A stretch of 21,268 bases of DNA from the NCBI GenBank assembly GCA_025455005.1, contig JALONH010000034.1:1-21268 (forward strand), given 5' to 3'. The DNA comes from Cytophagaceae bacterium. Lineage in GTDB: Bacteria; Bacteroidota; Bacteroidia; Cytophagales; Cytophagaceae. Positions 19,292 through 21,268 of the stretch are shown piece after piece; position 1 is the stretch's first letter; each line of letters opens with the position of its first letter. Made by a program: the position numbers and the translations under genes. Below the pieces are notes generated by a model. It searched no databases and was not told the origin of the DNA. It saw only the letters and a list, made by a program, of their open reading frames with translations.

Positions 19292-19326
19292 AAGGCTTAC
19301 ACAGATTACGTGTAAGCCTTTTTTAT
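19292..19326. terminator. Bidirectional rho-independent terminator between the convergent flotillin and desaturase genes.
   Basis: AAAAAAGGCTTACAC-AGATTAC-GTGTAAGCCTTTTTTAT: a 9-11-bp perfect stem flanked by an A-run and a T-run. Confidence 0.85.
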
Positions 19327-19345
19327 GGAATCCCTTCTAAAGATA

Positions 19346-20437
19346 TTAGGCAGCTTCTGCACTAAATTTCTTCAATACTTTATAATGGGAATGTAATGCT
19401 CCTATAAATGTTTCACTCTCTAAATATGGAACGCCATATTTCTCAGCAGTAGCCTTCACAATCGGAGCTATGGCTGGATAGTGAATATGGCATACTTTGG
19501 GAAACAAATGGTGTTCTACTTGATAATTTAAACCACCGCAAATAAACGTGGCTAAGAATGATTTACGTGCAAAGTTTGCTGTCGTTTTCATTTGATGTAC
19601 AGCCCAAGCATCTTCTATATTACCCTGTTCATTAGGTTCCGGGAATTCTGTATCTTCTACTACGTGTGCTAGTTGGAATACTAAACCTAAAGTAAGTCCC
19701 ATTGCAAAATGCAAGGCTACAAATCCTATTAAAAACTGCCACCACGTAATATCAAGGACAATAAACGGAATAACAATGAATATCACATAGTGTATAGCTT
19801 TGAATAAAAACAATTCGATATAGTCCCACGTCGTGTAGTGCTTGGTTTCATGCTGGCCTATCTTATCTTGAAAAATTTTAACATAATCTTTACGGAATAC
19901 CCAAGATAAGCTGGCAAAACCATATAATAGAAACGCATAATAATGTTGAAACTTCTGAATCGGAGCTTTTTTGCCCCCTTTGGTCAACCGAACTAAACCC
20001 GGCGCCACTACTAAATCTTCATCGTGCTCTTCTATGTTGGTATAGGTGTGGTGAACGATGTTGTGACTCACTAGCCATACTGAACGATTAGCGCCCAGAA
20101 TAGAGAAACTATAACTCAAAAGAGTATTAACCCAGTCTTTTGAGGAGTAGGCCCCATGCAAGGAATCGTGCGAAATGTTAAAGGCAGCCGCCGCCATAAA
20201 GAAGCCCATCAACATGGAAAAGAGCAACATAAGAGGCAATGAGTACGCTTGGGATAAAATTAATCCATACAAAACCCATATTCCTCCAAAGAAGAATACC
20301 GTTTTGAAAACCATAAGACCATTCGCTTTTTTAGAGAGATTATGCTCTAGGAAATATTGATCAACATTTTTCTTTAAAGCGGTAAAAAATCCGGTAGTAT
20401 CTACCGTTGCAAACTTCAATCGTGTAGTATTTGACAT
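19346..20437 (-). CDS. Membrane fatty-acid desaturase (363 aa). The histidine-box pattern resembles front-end/Delta6 (DesD-like) desaturases; there is no cytochrome b5 domain.
   Basis: His boxes HDSLHG, HNIVHH and a Q-substituted third box QVEHH, with multiple TM helices. The ATG is at 20435-20437 on the minus strand. Confidence 0.8.
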   Translation of the reverse strand: MSNTTRLKFATVDTTGFFTALKKNVDQYFLEHNLSKKANGLMVFKTVFFFGGIWVLYGLILSQAYSLPLMLLFSMLMGFFMAAAAFNISHDSLHGAYSSKDWVNTLLSYSFSILGANRSVWLVSHNIVHHTYTNIEEHDEDLVVAPGLVRLTKGGKKAPIQKFQHYYAFLLYGFASLSWVFRKDYVKIFQDKIGQHETKHYTTWDYIELFLFKAIHYVIFIVIPFIVLDITWWQFLIGFVALHFAMGLTLGLVFQLAHVVEDTEFPEPNEQGNIEDAWAVHQMKTTANFARKSFLATFICGGLNYQVEHHLFPKVCHIHYPAIAPIVKATAEKYGVPYLESETFIGALHSHYKVLKKFSAEAA

Positions 20438-20491
20438 TTAATTCAGGTAACTTAATTCATTGAAATTACAACAAAGTTTTTGGATTGTTTC

Positions 20492-20503
20492 TGACAATTG
20501 TCA
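20492..20503. promoter_or_regulatory. Perfect 12-bp palindrome TGACAATTGTCA in the divergent desaturase/DJ-1 promoter region. Candidate operator for a dimeric regulator.
   Basis: Seen directly at 20492-20503. It sits 55 bp upstream of the desaturase start on the minus strand and 66 bp upstream of the DJ-1 start. Confidence 0.3.
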
Positions 20504-20568
20504 TTCTTTATATGAAATATGTAAAGAAAACATATCATATTTATAAATCAATTGATAGTCAGATATTT

Positions 20569-21087
20569 ATGAGAAATGCTATTTTAATGATTTTGGCACC
20601 CGAAAAATTTCGAGACATTGAATACATCGTTCCGCGTGCTTTTTTTGAAGCTAAAGGGTATCGAGTAATAACAAGTTCCACCAAAATAACATCTACCGGA
20701 CGGTTTGGCTTTGAGGTAACACATTTGACCACTGCAGATAAAATTGTTCCCGATGAATATGAAGGATTATATATTGTTGGAGGTGCGGGGGTGCTAGCAT
20801 TACAGACCGAAACATCTGTTCGGAACTTAGTCGAGGTGTTTTTAGAACAAAATAAACCAATTGGTGCAATATGCGCGGCACCACGCTTGTTATTGGCTTG
20901 GGGTAAATTGCAGAACAAACGAATGACTGGTCATAATGGAGATGGACGTTTGCTAATCCTCGCTACAGAAGGTCAAGCTGAATACTTAACGGATAGAGAA
21001 GTAGTGGTAGACGGTTTGTTTTTAACAGCCAATGGTCCGGAAGCAGCTGAATTGAGTGCGTTGGAATTTATGAAGCTGTTGGAATAA
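20569..21087 (+). CDS. DJ-1/PfpI-family protein (class I glutamine amidotransferase-like, 172 aa).
   Basis: Conserved nucleophile-elbow Cys in IGAICAAP, and the overall DJ-1 pattern (YIVGG..., LTDREVVVDGLFLT). The longest ORF starts at 20485, but its N-terminal extension is AT-rich and non-conserved; the ATG at 20569 (MRNAILMILAPEKF) is more plausible. Confidence 0.75.
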   Translation: MRNAILMILAPEKFRDIEYIVPRAFFEAKGYRVITSSTKITSTGRFGFEVTHLTTADKIVPDEYEGLYIVGGAGVLALQTETSVRNLVEVFLEQNKPIGAICAAPRLLLAWGKLQNKRMTGHNGDGRLLILATEGQAEYLTDREVVVDGLFLTANGPEAAELSALEFMKLLE

Positions 21088-21268
21088 AATGTACAGTTTA
21101 ATAAAGTAAACGTACTTCTTTTGGGCGTGCCCCCTCGCGTATACCAAGGAATAAAAAAACACCTAATCAGCGCTCGGGGTCGGGCTCATATCTTTACTTT
21201 GTAAATAAATAATGCAATTTTTATTTATGTACATCTAACAACAAAGGGATAATTCTGAGGTCGGGCTA

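Noticed and set aside
20485-20568. 28-aa N-terminal extension of the DJ-1/PfpI ORF.
   Set aside because: It is AT-rich and hydrophobic, overlaps the promoter and palindrome region, and is not part of the DJ-1 fold. The ATG at 20569 fits.
1-21268. CRISPR arrays, tRNA/rRNA genes, transposase/integrase genes, and toxin-antitoxin pairs.
   Set aside because: No regular repeat-spacer periodicity, no tRNA-like cloverleaf signatures, no DDE/tyrosine-recombinase motifs and no small paired ORFs were seen on reading both strands.

Overview
The window looks like a chromosomal segment from a member of the phylum Bacteroidota. The evidence is about 40% GC, AT-rich intergenic DNA, the absence of Shine-Dalgarno signals, TAnnTTTG-type -7 promoter boxes, and a type IX secretion (T9SS) type-B C-terminal sorting domain. 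It is mostly core genome; I see no single clear novel multi-gene system.

Left to right, the content is:
- The 3' end of a large T9SS type-B CTD (C-terminal domain) cargo gene, with a small outer-membrane beta-barrel gene 7 bp downstream.
- A compact branched-chain amino-acid operon, leuA-leuC-leuD-leuB-ilvD-ilvB, closed by a strong rho-independent terminator. The acetolactate synthase small subunit and ilvC are absent locally, and LeuA is a short form without the C-terminal regulatory domain.
- A membrane-anchored SRPBCC-fold protein.
- A convergent OmpA-family protein (beta-propeller-like N-terminus plus OmpA_C) followed by a TTG-initiated DEAD-box RNA helicase.
- An unusually long 467-bp divergent intergenic region.
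- A 753-aa Pif1/RecD-like helicase with a long C-terminal extension.
- A cold-shock protein (Csp).
- A lipoprotein with an NlpE N-terminal domain and a META/HslJ domain.
- An NfeD-flotillin (YqiJ/YqiK-like) pair.
- A convergent membrane fatty-acid desaturase with a Q-substituted third histidine box.
- A divergent DJ-1/PfpI-family protein.

There are no rRNA or tRNA genes, CRISPR arrays, transposases or integrases. The observations most worth checking are:
- the T9SS cargo plus mini beta-barrel pairing, where a PorP/SprF gene would be expected;
- a dense AAGCT(T) repeat/hairpin cluster between leuD and leuB;
- the long DEAD-box helicase upstream region, with long-range complementarity and micro-ORFs;
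- a perfect 12-bp palindrome in the desaturase/DJ-1 divergent promoter;
- a GC-rich island with a 9-bp direct repeat at the right edge.
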